The notes under the pieces: generated by a model | Databases searched by the model: none | What the model saw: only the letters and a program-made list of their open reading frames with translations | Told to the model about the DNA's origin: nothing | Part shown: positions 27,462 to 40,899 of the stretch, piece by piece | Numbering within the stretch: the stretch's first letter is position 1 | How the letters are laid out: the number at the start of each line of letters is the position of its first letter | Source of the DNA: Hypanus sabinus | Lineage: Eukaryota | Reading direction: 5' to 3' | NCBI RefSeq assembly: GCF_030144855.1 | Contig: NC_082731.1 | Span: 21,638,001-21,702,000, forward strand | Length of the DNA stretch: 64,000 nt | Made by a program: the position numbers and the translations under genes

Positions 27462-28362
27462 TGTTACGGATTCAGCAACAATAAATATAGAAGTGAGGCA
27501 GTGTTTTTTATAACAAATAAAACATTTATTAAAAACTGAAAATCAAACCCTCTCAAAGTAAACAAACGATAAACGCAAACGGAAATCAGCTGTTGTGCAG
27601 CAGCTTAAAGAGTACTTAAAGCGATAAAGCTTAAACAATTCTTAAACGAATAAAGCGAAAACAGTTCTTAAAGAGATGTTGCAAAACAGTTCTTCGAAGT
27701 AGTACTGCAAAAGTTCAAAAATTCTTACATTCCATTAAAGTAGAGACCTTTTAAAATATTTTATTTTTCTTTCACGTCGGGTTGTTGCGGTTCCCAGTCG
27801 AACAATAGATTTCCCGGAGAATTTACGAAGATTAAAACGAAACGGCTTAAAGGCAGTGATCTTTCCTTTACAAAACTGGACCTAGCCGTTTCTGCTATTA
27901 TTCGCCGGGGTTAACTTGGGGACAGCCAGCGTCTTCCTTCCAAATGAGGATCAAACAAGGTCAAACCTGGTTCACAGTCGAAATCGACTTTCCTAGAACT
28001 TTTAAATCCCGAACTTCGATCTTCACTCTCCACTGATTTGTTAACTGGCAGTATTATAAATAAACTGCCGGCAATGTACTTTTAAACTTTAGGCATTAAA
28101 TAAAACTCCACCTTTCAACCAAACTGCATCATAACATTGGACCAGGCAGCAGCAAGCAGTCAAAATGGCAAATCCACTCAAGAAATGCCCCTGTTCATAG
28201 GGAGGGGTCCTCTTTTGAAAACCTGTAATAAAAACTGTCACATGACTTCTACTGGCGGGAAGATAACTTCACTCCCCCATCACAGGACCACTACCTTAAG
28301 CCCAGTATAGCTTCAACACCACTGTCGCGTGACAAGTACAATATTTCCACGGGTACGTAACA
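27462..28362 (-). mobile_element. Solo LTR of the Gmr1-like family (more diverged)
   Basis: tgttacggattcagcaacaataaat ... gggtacgtaaca is the reverse complement of the LTR; imperfect TSD caat/gaat. Confidence 0.85.
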
Positions 28363-28463
28363 GAATGCTGTCAATTCCTCAATTAGATGTTTAAACTTTT
28401 CATGCAAACTTGCTAATAGAAACATCAGCTGTTCTAAAATACCTCACTCTATTTAGTTACGGA

Positions 28464-28607
28464 NNNNNNNNNNNNNNNNNNNNNNNNNNNNNNNNNNNNN
28501 NNNNNNNNNNNNNNNNNNNNNNNNNNNNNNNNNNNNNNNNNNNNNNNNNNNNNNNNNNNNNNNNNNNNNNNNNNNNNNNNNNNNNNNNNNNNNNNNNNNN
28601 NNNNNNN
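28464..28607. other. Assembly gap
   Basis: Run of N. Confidence 1.
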
Positions 28608-29046
28608 GTACTGTATTTAATAAATAGGTAAAAATAGGAAATCAGTTTTCTTGTATTATTTAGTAAACGGTAAGTTCATACACCGAATTTCTCTCTTCAG
28701 TTAGCTGATGAGTTAGCAAAGATTGACATCCAATGTCCCTGCACCCGTAAACTAACGACTAGTACATCAGGACCTTCCTCTAGTGAGCCTCATAGAGTCC
28801 GTCCTCTCGTGGTATAGTGAACACTGCAAGGTGGATTTGTATTATTCTCTTCTCTGGACTGGTAGCTGTGGTCGAAGTGTTGCTTGCACATCTTCCCAGA
28901 TCAGAAGCTTCCTCCCAACAACCAAATTTTTCCACCATTTTGCACCTTGCAGCCGTTCGATTTAGGCATTTTTGACATGGTTGGATTGCCCTGTCCATGA
29001 GGGGACTGACTGTCCTGTAACCCTCATGCCGTGTGGAAAGTATTTC

Positions 29047-30210
29047 CGTCATAAGTTGGGGCGAAGAGAGAGCACCCAAAAGCAAGACACAGACGCTGTA
29101 CTACTCAGAACAGAAATATCCATGAGAATGAAGCAAGGGAAGTGAGGAAAAAGGGACGCTGGGCATGACAAATATCCTGACCGATACAAGGATTCTGGGC
29201 CTGGGATTGGGCTTGACGAGGATATCTTCCGAACCATAGACCGGACAAGAACCATGAACCTGGACCTTGATTCAGGCTCGGCCTCCATAAGCAGGCGAGG
29301 ACAAGACGTGGCTACAGGACGAGGACAGACACAGGACTGAACGTGAGACTCCTGGACCGGACAAGTGATCCCCAGTACACTACGAGGGGATCCCAGCTCC
29401 GGGCAGGGCCAGGTACTCCTGTGCTGGGTGAGGCACATCGACAAGACAAGAACACAGAGCCCTGGTCGAGGGAGAACAGGAAGGCAGAACACAGACTAGA
29501 GGGAGAGATAGGATCATGGACCACCGACCTGGGACCCCTCCCTAGATGCTGGGCCTAGGGCCGGGACTCATTACACAGAACGCTGAACACGACGAAACTG
29601 TTACCAACGCTAGGTAGCGGCAAAACGGCCCGATTTCTCTAGCGATGGCTATACACGAACAGACAGTGCCAAGTACGTCGAGGCTCCAGCCACAGGTAGG
29701 GCGAGCAAAGGCTCCAGACAGAGGTAAGGCGAGGGAAGACTTCACGCAGAAGCAATGCGAGATAAGGCAAGGCTCCTGGCAGAGGGAAGGCGAGGCGCCA
29801 GACACAGGTAGCAGAGCAGAGCTCCAGACATTGGTTGCAGGGCAACGCTCCAGATACAGGTTGCAGGACCATGCTCCAGACTCAAGTTGCAGGCATGGGT
29901 TTTCAGACGGAGGTTGCAGGCAGGGCTTCGGAGGGAAATGAAGGGAAAAGTCCAGACTCAGGGTAGCGGCATTGACGGCCTGACTTACGCAATGGAGGCG
30001 AGGACAGTATATCGACGGGAGAAGGACATGATACTGACGAGACGAACACCACAGTGTGAAGGACAGGTCAGCAAGCAGGCTCGAACGCCGGACCACTTAT
30101 ATTCCCGGCGTCGAGACAAGCAGACGCCTACATTTAATCCCAAATGAGACAATGGAACGCCAGAAGACCTAGCGTCTGGTGTTTACCGACCGGACAGTGA
30201 CGGTTTCACA
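29047..30210 (-). mobile_element. LTR-like element (family B), reverse orientation
   Basis: Homologous in reverse to both 14841-15455 and 15620-16450; TG... start at 30210. Confidence 0.55.
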
Positions 30211-31499
30211 TGTACCCAAGTCCAGTGTATTAGCAATGGACAACGGGACTTTGTCGTGACGCCACCTGTGCACTCTTTGTGTTAATTTTCTTTTTTCGTC
30301 CTGACCGCATGTGTTCCAGTGAAACCCCTGACCACAACGTTGATTGTGAGGATTATCTCTCAGCCCCTATGTGCGCAGCTGTGATGGTGTAAGGAGACTG
30401 GCATGTACGGACCAGAGTAACAAATAAATGAGATACGGCTGCTATCTACAAATCTCTGCCACATTGATATTGATAGTTGAATGAATTGCAGGATATTCAA
30501 TATATTCCTATTCCAAGTAATTAAAATAAGACTGGGTTTGCATTTGACGCATTTTTCTCCTTTTATTTTATTTTAAATGCTCAAGTAGACGCAAGCATTA
30601 CGAACGTAGCTCAGGCGTCTTATCATTTTCTGGATTTCAGCTATTGATGTGCAGAGAATCCCATAATGTTTCCAAGGGCAGTGTAGTCTTACATAGCGAA
30701 ACAAAAAATCATACTCTTTTGAGCTGATCAGTTTTGCAAAACTTTAACAGCCAACGGAAAAATATAGACCTACCACTTCGACGCATTGATAAGCAAAACA
30801 TTTTTACAAGGAATAATAGAGAAATAGCAGAGGAGTTTTTATCACAAATGGGAGAGCATCCAACTTCACCATCTGGTGGCATAATATCTACTGGACACCG
30901 TGCTGCTCGACAGATGTCCAGCTCCATTGTTCAAAAGTCTGCAGACTGGAGATCTGAGATCACATTGATCGAGCGCCTAAGTAAATGCTGCATTCCCTTC
31001 CTCCATTCCACTTATCTACAAGACATAAAAAATAATAAGAACTTATATACTTCGTAAAATATTTCTTTAAATTACTTGGTCAGCTAATTTTTTGGATGCA
31101 TGCGGTAGTTTGGGGAAATATTGAGTGCATTGTCCGCTTCCAGCAGCATATCTGAATAATTTCTGTAAGCAGGAATTTCCTCTTTCCGATTGTTCCCAGG
31201 CATTACTCGAATGCACTCATGAGAGTGAGAAAAGTAAATACGTGGCGTTAGGGATATTTTTGCTCTAATATTTAAGCAATAAAACGGAAATTGTTTCGAG
31301 TCCAATTAGCATTTGCCTTTATTCCGTTATTGCCTTTAATGATGCCATAAGACTGAATATACCAATATAATTGTAGCAGATAATTTTACATGCTTGGGGA
31401 CTAATGTTCTCTGCACAAGCTTAAAAATAACATCAGTAAAATTTGTCAGCGACAATAAAATTCGGCATAGGCGTGTTTCCTGTTATTTCAACGCATGGA

Positions 31500-34400
31500 A
31501 AGCGGTCAGTGTTTGAGTGGGCCAGTGAAGGAGTTGATATTTGAGGCTTTGACTCGAGAGGTTTAGACGAGAAGAGGCGGAGGACGATCTTGTTCCCAGT
31601 TTAACTTCACAATGCCTCCTGAGATGGTGATGTGCCTCTCTTATGAGATGTGACAGTTTTGGGGGAACTTCACTGTCCCGCAGAGTCACATCTGAAGGGA
31701 GTGCTTGCGGCTGGGCGATCTGGCAGACCGTGTGAGGAATCTGGAGCAGAAGCTGGATGACTTTCGACTCATAAGGGAGAATGAGGTCGTCATAGATGAC
31801 AGCTACAGGGAGGTAGTCAATCCTAGTCTGCCGGAAGCAGGTCGTTGGGTGACAGTCCGTGGGGGTAGGGGTGGGGGGAAAGCGAAGGAGAATAGACAGG
31901 TAATGCAGAGCGCCCTGATAGCCATTCCCCTGACTAATAATATTTCCGTCCTGGATGCTATTGGCCAGAATGACTGATCAGGTGTGAGCCACGGTGGCAG
32001 GGCTTCTGGCACAGAGCATATCCTTGTGGTGCAGCAGGCTGAGACGCAGAAGTGGAGAACAGTCGTCATTGTAAACTCTATAGTCAGGGGAAAACCCAGG
32101 AAATTTTGTGGACGTGAGAAGGACACCGACAGGTTTTGTTCCTTCCCCGGTGCCCGGGTTCGGGATGTCTCTGACCGAGTGCATGATATCCTGTTCCGAG
32201 AGGGAAATCAACCAGAAGACGTGATATACTTTGGTACCGACAACATAGACAGGAAGAGGGATGCAGTCCTGAAATGTGAGTTTTAAGCACTATGCAGAAC
32301 GCTGATGAACGGGACCTCAAGGGTGCCGTTCTCAGGATTGCTGCCAGCGCTACGTGAATGTGATGGTAAGAATTAGAGGGGATGGCAGTTGAATGCGTTG
32401 CTAAGGAGTTCGTACCGGGGGCAGGATTTTAGATTTTTGGATCATTCGGATCTCTTCTGGGGAATTTGGGACCTGTAGAGATTGGATGGGTTCCACCTGA
32501 ACGCGAACCTTATCCTTATCCAAGCAATATCCTTGCAGGTAATTTTGAAAGCATAGTTCGGGAAGGTGTAAACTAATTTGAAAGGGTGATGGGACCCGTA
32601 GAGATAGAACAGTGAAAGAAGCGTATGCAGTAAAGCCAGATCTAACATATGTAGAGGCTTTGAGGAAAGAGAAGCAGAATAAAGTCTGTAAAGGTAGTAA
32701 GGTAGAAGTGGTAAAGTGTGGGTACTTCAATGCAAGAAGCATCAGCAACAAAGGTGCTGAACTGAGAGCTTGGAAACATACATGGATCTATGATGTAGTG
32801 GCAATTACGGAAACTTGGCTGGCACCAGGGTAGGAATGGATTCTCAGTATTCCTGGATTTCAGTGCCTTAAAAGGGATAGAGACGAGTGAGAAAGGGGAG
32901 GAGGGGGGACATTACACGTCAGGCATACTATTACAGCTACAGAAAGTTTGGGTAATGTAGCAAGATCCTCTTTTGATTGTATGGATTGAAGTCAGGAACA
33001 GGAAGGGAGCAGTTACACAACTGGGGGTATACTATAGGCCCCCTGGTGCAGGAGAGACAGCCAAGAGCAGATTTTGGAAAGGAGCAAAAATTACAGGGTT
33101 GTTCTCATGAGTGACTTTAACTTCCTTGCTATTGATTGGCACCTGATTTTTTCCTTGGATTTGGATGGGGCAGATGTTGTCAAGTATGTCCAGAGTGGAT
33201 TCCTGTCACAGTATGTTGACTGGCTGACTAGGGGGAATGGCAGTCTAGATCTAGTATTAGGTAACGAACCGGGTCACCTCACAGATCTGTCAGTGGGTGA
33301 GCATCTGGGAGTCTGTGATCACCGCTCCCTGGCATTTAGCATTATCATGTCAAAGGATAGAATCAGAGAGGACAGGGAAAATTTTAATTAGGGAAGTGCA
33401 AATTATCAGGCTATAAGGCCAAAACTTTCGGTTGTTAATTGGGATGATGTTATTTGCAGTGAAATGTACAATGAACAAGAGGTCGATGTTTAAGGATATC
33501 TTGCAGCATGTTAGGGATAAATGTGTCCGGTGAGGAAGGTAAAGAATGATAGGGTGAAGGAGCCATGGGTGACAAGTGAGGTGGTAAATCTACTCAGATG
33601 GAAGAAAGCAGGATTCCTGAGGTTTAGTAAGCAAGGTTCAGATGGGTCTATTGAGGAATATCGGGTAGCAGGAAAGGAGCTTAAGAAGAGTCTGAGAAGA
33701 GCAAGAAGGGGGCATGAGAAGGCCTTGGAGAGAAGAGTGAAGGAGAACCCCATGGGATTCTTCAGTTATGTGAAGAGCAAAAGGATGACAGGTGTGAAGG
33801 TAGGACCGATTAGAGATTAAATTGGGAAGCTGTTCCTGGAGGATGTGGAAGTGAGCGAGGTCTTCAATTAAAACCTTTCTTCGGTATTCACCAATGAGAG
33901 GGACCCTGATGACGGTGAAGACAATATGAACGAGGTTGAAGTTCTGGAGCATGTTGATATTGAGGAAGAGGTGGTGCTGGAGTTGTTAAACAACATTAGG
34001 ACTGATAAGTGCACGGGACCTGACGGAATATTCCTCAGGCTGCTCCTCGAGGCAAGGCAAGTGATTGCAGACCATCAGGGTAGGGTTTTCTATGCCCTCG
34101 TTGTCCACGGAAATGGTACCAAAGGATTAGTGAGAGGCAAATATTATACGCTTGTTCAAAAAAATTTGTAGGGAAGGTTTGGATAATTATAGACCACTGA
34201 GCCTTACGTCTGTTTTGGGAATGCTGCTTTTGAAAAGATTCTTAGAGATAGGATTTATGAGCATTTAGAGAATCATGGTCTGATCAGAGACAGTCAGTAT
34301 TGCTTTGTGAAGGGCAGATGATGTCTAACAAGCCTGATAGGGATCTTTGAGGAGGTGACCAGAGATATAGATGATTGTAGTGCAGTGGATTTGATCTACA

Positions 34401-35545
34401 TGTGCTTTAACAAAACATTTGACAAGGTTATAAACGGTAGGCATTCAAAATTTCAGAAGTCATGGGATCCAGGGAAGATTGGCAAGGAAGATTCAGAATT
34501 GGCTTGTTTGCAGAAGGCAGAGGGTCGTGGTGGAGGGAGCACATTCAGATTGGAGGATTGTGTCTAGTGTTGTCCCTCAATAATCTGTTCGGGGACCTCT
34601 ACTATTCGTGATTTTTAGTAACGTCTTGGATGTGGGTATAGAAGGATGGGTTGCCAAGTTTGCAGACTACACAAAGGTTAGTGGTGTGTTGGATAGTGTG
34701 GAGCTTTGTGTATGTTTGCAGAGAGACATAGATAGGATGCAGAAGTGGGCTGAGAAGTGGCTGAAGGAGTTCAAACGGGAGAAATGTGAGATAGTGCACT
34801 TTAGAAGGACAAGTTCCAAGGCAGAGTACAAAGTACTTGTTAGTGTAGAGGAGCAGAGGGATCTGGGGTTACATGTCCTCAGATCCCTGAACGTTGTCTC
34901 AGATGTAGATAGGGTAGTTAAGAAAGCTTATGGGATGTTAGCTTTCATAAGTCGAGGGATAGAGTTTAAGGGACGCGATATAATGGTGCAGCTCTATAAA
35001 ACTCTGTTTAGGCCATACTTGGAGTACTGTCTCCAGTTCTGGTCACCTCACTATATGCCGGATGTGGAAGCATTGGAAGGTGTACAAATGAGATTTACCA
35101 AGATGTTTCCTGGGTTAGAGAGTATGGATTATGATCAGAGATTAAGGGAGCTAGGGCTTTACTCTTTGAAGAGGAGGATGAGTGAAGATATGATAGAGGT
35201 GTACAAGATTTTAAGAAAAATAGATAGAGTGAATAGCAAGCGCCTCTTCCACGGGGCACCATGACTCAGTACAAGAGGACATGTTTATATGGTAAGTGAA
35301 AGAAAGTTCAACGGGGATTTTAGAGGAAGGTTTTTCACTCCGAGAGTGGTTGGTGCGTGGAATGCACTTCCTGCGTCAGTGCTGTAGGCAGATTAAAAAA
35401 AAAACAGAAGTTTAAGAGACTACTAGACAGGCATATGGAGGAATTTAAGATGAGGGGCTATAGGGAGTCAGGGTCTGAGGGTCGGCCCAACATTGTGCGC
35501 CGAAGGGCCTTTAATGTGCTGTACTGTTCTATATTCTACGTTTAA
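31500..35545 (+). mobile_element. Near full-length CR1 LINE (ORF1, APE endonuclease, RT), inactivated
   Basis: ORF1-like RVRNLEQKLDDFRLIRENE and SGNH-esterase-like region; APE motif GYFNARSI...DVVAITETWL; RT-region motifs to ~35.3 kb; 3' end gtgctgtactgttctatattcta. Confidence 0.9.
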
Positions 35546-35699
35546 AGTAGACTTGGCAGGAGGAGCGTATCTCGCAGTCACCAGGTTCTCGCCACTTTTT
35601 CCACGCAGGGTCGCTCACGCTTGCATCTGCGATGGTTGTTCTTCGAAATTCCTTTTGCAGTACACTCCATGCGTCCACATTTATATCCATTTCTAATTA

Positions 35700-38020
35700 A
35701 ATTAAATATTGCATTCCCGTATTGCTGACCTGTACTCCTGTGTCTTACCGTTAATTAGATTTTATTGTCTCTGCTACAAACAGTTTCCATTTATTGTCCC
35801 CGATACTGCAAGAGGCGGTCAGTAATCTAAGTCTCTTTTCGTTTTTCCCAAACATCTTCCAGCTCGAATCCCTCAAGGCAGACATCAACCCCAAACATCT
35901 TATATGATTGCAGGTGTTTACTGGTTTCATATTTTGTTGATGCATGCAATTGTTTTCTTAGTATTACAAAATCATCACTGTCTTATTTTTCCATAATTTC
36001 AGAATTTCACCATATTAGTTGATGTACGTTAAACAATACAATTGTAAGTACCCAAAAAATTACAGCCTGCATGTGATATCACTGTCATTGATGTATGCAT
36101 TTCACATTTCATTCAAATTCTGAAAATTTTCCCACAAATCTGATTCACTTAAAATCTCTTTTGCCTGATCAGCATTGGTCTTAGCTGGTGTTCTGTGTTT
36201 ATTCTGTTAATGTATCATCTCCTTTACCTCCCCCACAACCTGTGGCCGGTCCAAGGTCAAATGTGGGATCCTTTGGCAATTCTGCCCATTGCATAGCCCC
36301 GAGAAAATCGATTTGTATCTCTTTGTTGAATTGGAAGGGTCTCCTGCATGATGTTCTCCTCTACTAATTGAGGAAAATTTCGTCCTCCAATAGTCAAATC
36401 CAAAGTCACGTCCACAATTGCAACATTGTGGTATTGTAATTACACTGATTCAATCCTGTGATTTGACACATGGCTGTTGTTGTTATATAATATGTTCGTC
36501 TCGCCAGTGAAAACTGCAGAACAGGATTATTATACATGTTCAAAATACACAACAACACATTTTCATGTACTGAAACCACAATCCAGAATTTTCTGTCCAG
36601 TGTTTTCCCCTCCGATTACATTTTGACAGATCTATCCCGTTCCGTTGCCGTTCATAACAACTGCAAGGCTGCTTTGAGTTGTGCAGGGATATTCATGTAT
36701 TATTTATTATATTAAAATATTAATAATATTTTATCCTCATTGTGAAACATTTTCTATGAGTAAGTTAAATAATTTCCAAGACGGGGAATGTGAAATACTG
36801 CTCCAAAATCAAAGCTCCACTTTTCATCATGAAAAATAACCAGCACCCTATCGGTTAGTGTAAGCATCTCGGTGACACAAGGGACTCTATTCTTCAACCC
36901 ATTCACTTAGATTTTCACTTGGTACCCGATTTGGTACTTGATATGCATCTAGTTGGAATAAAGTCGCAACAACAACGCTAAGCAAACAATTGGTGTCTGT
37001 AGCACATCTCTATCTGTTCAAATAGATATGATTCAAGGATTTAAGTTATCAAATTTGTCGTAACCTGAACACATTTTCAGCTGAAGACAGTGTACCTGAT
37101 TTTCGCATTTTGCAACGTCAAGGTATTGTTCCACTGATACGTAAACTGAGCCCACGTGTTCTGGTATTTCTGTCTTCTCTTAATTTATGAGAGTCTCTAA
37201 CACACACCAGCTCAGCTTTCACCCAAGAAGGTTAGTAAATAATGTTGTAGCTGACCACCTGTCAAGCCCTATTTGTTCTGGCAAATTAAACAAAAAATCC
37301 TGTATCTGTCAGCATCATTGCACCAGAGTGATGAATTTTCCCATAACCATAATCTTACCTCGTTTCTGTGACGCCGACACTCACTTATTTCCTTAGGCTC
37401 TAGTGAAGTTTTATTCAATAGGGTTATTGATAGACTGAAAATTCTTGAAGGTTTATAAACCCTGTACGGGACTTTGCCCTGACGGAACTTATTACCCATG
37501 TACTATATCCTCCCGTGAACAATACATAGTAATAGGTGTACACTTCGAGGAACTCTTTATGTGGCTTGCGCAATCGACATAGCTCTTGCATAGCTGGATC
37601 ACACACAGTGTGAACATGCGTGTGATCCCACAGAACTTTATTCTTATCACGGCCATCATCATCTGAAGGCTCCTGAATAACTGGAACAAGAAGGTGAATG
37701 ACGATTGTCCCCTCTGGATAACTAAACACTGACACCTCAAAAATGTTATTACATAGAAATTAGTATTTTGTACCCCGTGAAATTCTTTTGGCTTAATCGA
37801 CGCTAATGAAAAAATCTAACCCATGAGCATAGTACTTCGAGTTTTCTGTTTGTCCGACGTGAGCCACCATTAACCGTGACTGTTGAGAGAATGGAATTTT
37901 GATCACCGATTTTTCTTCAAATAATGCAACCGTTCTAGACATGTTCGTCCGTTGTAATGGCTGTGAACCAAAACCACCCAACGCCCCATTCATGGCTATT
38001 AACATCACCAGAAAATACAT
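35700..38020 (-). pseudogene. Possible env-like remnant downstream of the retroviral-type integrase
   Basis: Lies 3' of the integrase; hydrophobic start MYFLVMLIAMNGALG (38020), Cys-rich fragments, RQKR at 36155-36166. No continuous ORF and no firm homology recognised. Confidence 0.2.
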
Positions 38021-38349
38021 TATACACTTAGAGTCGAATAAAACCTGCAGCGAACACGGATAATATATGTTTTACATCGAGTTTCAATCTTGCCTCACTT
38101 TACGTTCGTACATTAGGTCAGTTTGTTTTTATTTCTAACACATCCAATGAAGGCTGACAATAGACATTGGATTCAAGCCACCCATATATTGTCATTCAGA
38201 TTTTTTTCAGGATAGGGGAGGCGGTCTCAATCTATTCCTGCTCGTCATCTATTCTCGGACTGAGAATGTTGAGATTATCCTCCTTGGTCAGTTCTGTTCA
38301 CATCACAGCTAATGCAACCCAATTATTTCAAATCATATTTCTCATGAAC

Positions 38350-39700
38350 ATTAAATGTCAAATTTCCAAAACTGCGGCCATCTTATACATCAATTGATAC
38401 TTGGAGATTATCATGCCATTCAATTTTATCCTGCGAAATCTTTATCCTCCATATTCATTTCCTTGGTATGTGCATAACGTCATTCCATCCTGATTTAAAA
38501 TGGAGATGTTGCATGCTAATCATCGCCTTTGTCCTGGACGTATTTCTATGCGACAAACTTTTGATTCAAACTAAGCCTTACTTTGTTGTTGTTTCTTTTT
38601 TTTCTGATTGATAGACCGGCATATAGTTGCCCTCCTTCACTATCTCTACCCACTGCGGTGCCGATTTTCTGACAAATTCCCATTGTCTCAGGTTCTGACA
38701 AAGTTAATCGTAGCAATTCCACCAAGCCACTGATGTCTCTCCGTTCATGAGGTTATAAGGGGTGTAATCCATCGATGACCCCATTGATATTCCTAATAAT
38801 CATCAAATTCAATGCCACCGGCCATGCTGTACCATGTTTTTGCTGCATTTTAGGCATTATATATTTTTCCCGGTCTGTTCACTATTTGTACAACTCCAGA
38901 AGACTGATACCTATTCGGTATAAAAACGTTCTGCTTAATGCTAAAAGTCTCTTGAGCTCTAGTATTATTTGGGCGACGGAATGTATGCCCTGAACCGACT
39001 TTATACACCAAGGTAATCCCGCAAGTAAACTCTGTTTCCAACAACAACAAGCTTGTCATTTTGTTTTTCTTTTTTCGGTTACTTTGGCCGTGTTAGTTCT
39101 CAGGCTGAAAATCGTCCACCTTTCTTGACTGGGTAAGAACGGTATGTCATCACGTATCTGTGAATTGTTTCAGAGGCTTTACAATAGTCTGGTATTTTCA
39201 AGGGCTCCTGTCTGTGCATTTATCTCAGCACTATTTTATACCCAGATCAATCAATTATTGACAGGTTGTTCTCTTATGCCCCTGCTTTTAAGCAAGCAAT
39301 TCACTTCCTTTATACGTCTTTTGGAGCCGGATCTCCCCAAATTACGAATAGATCATGTAGCAGTGGGTCGTCGGATTTCATGGCCCACTAGGATCACAAT
39401 CTTCACTTCATGAAGGGCTACTCCATTATTACATTGTACAGTCATGAGAATGTATGCATACCTGACCGTGCTCCGTCAGTTAATTGTTTGGATACGTTAT
39501 CTTTCTTATTCCCCTCTGCTAAATGCATAATCTTAATGTGTTGTTACCTCTGTCGCTCTATATTCCCAATTTGCGACTGTCATTTATGTCAGCTTCAAAC
39601 ACCCTGTTTCGCAAATTCAACTGCCTTCCTATTCCCCTCAAGCTAGAATTCTGAGTGAGCTTTTATCTTTATGACCACTCTGCTACTCAAATATATACCT
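38350..39700 (-). mobile_element. Decayed retrovirus-like pol (RNase H / integrase) remnant
   Basis: Minus strand QLTDGARSG (RNase H TDG-like, ~39480); FSIKQNVFIPNRYQSSGVVQIVNR (compare LGIKQKFHIPYHPQSSGVVERVNR of integrase cores); YTPYNLMNG (compare LTPYELMTG). Confidence 0.55.
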
Positions 39701-39860
39701 CAACAGTGCAGATGATCGTAAGTATGCCCATCAGTTAAAACAAACCTTCTTGCTTCCCTCAGATGTAAATGTTCTGTAAGGCTATGACAAACGTGCAGTA
39801 CATAGTCTCAGAGTGCATGACGTATCCAGGCGGAAAGTCATATCGGTGGCAGAAAACATT

Positions 39861-39994
39861 NNNNNNNNNNNNNNNNNNNNNNNNNNNNNNNNNNNNNNNN
39901 NNNNNNNNNNNNNNNNNNNNNNNNNNNNNNNNNNNNNNNNNNNNNNNNNNNNNNNNNNNNNNNNNNNNNNNNNNNNNNNNNNNNNNNNNNNNNN
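39861..39994. other. Assembly gap
   Basis: Run of N. Confidence 1.
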
Positions 39995-40519
39995 AGATCA
40001 GATGAAATAGCAAGAGCAAGTATGAAACTTGTGCTGGCTGTGGTCTTAATTTTCTATGTATCTCCTGAACATAGCATTGCTGAAAGTTTGGTGTTAGATA
40101 TGGCCTTCTCCAATGGAAAGCTTCATTCGGGGCTGTGGATTTTAGAGCAGGCTCAATGGTTAATGCTTGCTTCAGAGCTGTACTCGCCTGGGTGTGCTCT
40201 GATTTCTATTGCAAAGTCAGGTTATTTTTATCAGTAATTTCATTACAGGAGCTGTCCTAGCGTGAATATAAATTAGTATAATCACTGCAGTATCCACATG
40301 ATAAAAAGTAAAAGCCTATTTACGTTGTGCCCTCATTATATTTTGGGGTTACAAAAAGAGGGATTTCTATTTCGGATTTGCATCTGCCGTTTGTTAATTT
40401 TAACAACTAAGCACAGTCAGGTCTGAAAGACATCACGCAATTCAAAAAAAAATCGAGAATGTGTAAGCCTTGCATAACCGATGGTTTGGCCGGAGAATCT
40501 TGATTGTGTTCGGAAGCCT

Positions 40520-40762
40520 AAGATTACATTAGTCAGAGGGTGCTAAATCTGTGAAGGTTTGCAGCCACAAGCGGCTGAGGATGCTGAGTCATTGGATGTA
40601 CTTAAAGCAGAGATAGACAAGTTCTTGTTCACTAGGGCAGGAAAGTGTGAAAGCAGGGTGAGGGCATCACCGGATGAAGTGGATCAGCCTATAATTGACT
40701 TATGGAGCAGACTCGATGTGCCGAATGGATACTGCCGCTAAATCTTATGGTCTTATGATCTA
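40520..40762 (+). mobile_element. CR1 3'-end fragment
   Basis: ...gcagagatagacaagttcttg...tcttatggtcttatg tail. Confidence 0.55.
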
Positions 40763-40899
40763 AGATATCGGGGCTCTGTTTCAACACATATTTCTTCAGC
40801 AGCTTCTACAGTGCAGAACGGACAAGCGTGTGGAAGTCATCAAGTTGAGAAAAGCGAGAAAAGTTTAAAAGGAATACAACGGCCGTCGGGGTAGTGGAC

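Noticed and set aside
30734-31057. 107-aa ORF
   Set aside because: No domain recognised; likely transposon debris or chance.
37424-37735. ORF initially resembling an Ig constant exon (IVIHLLVP...)
   Set aside because: Lacks the Ig C1 Cys/Trp spacing and fitting splice sites; treated as part of the possible env remnant.
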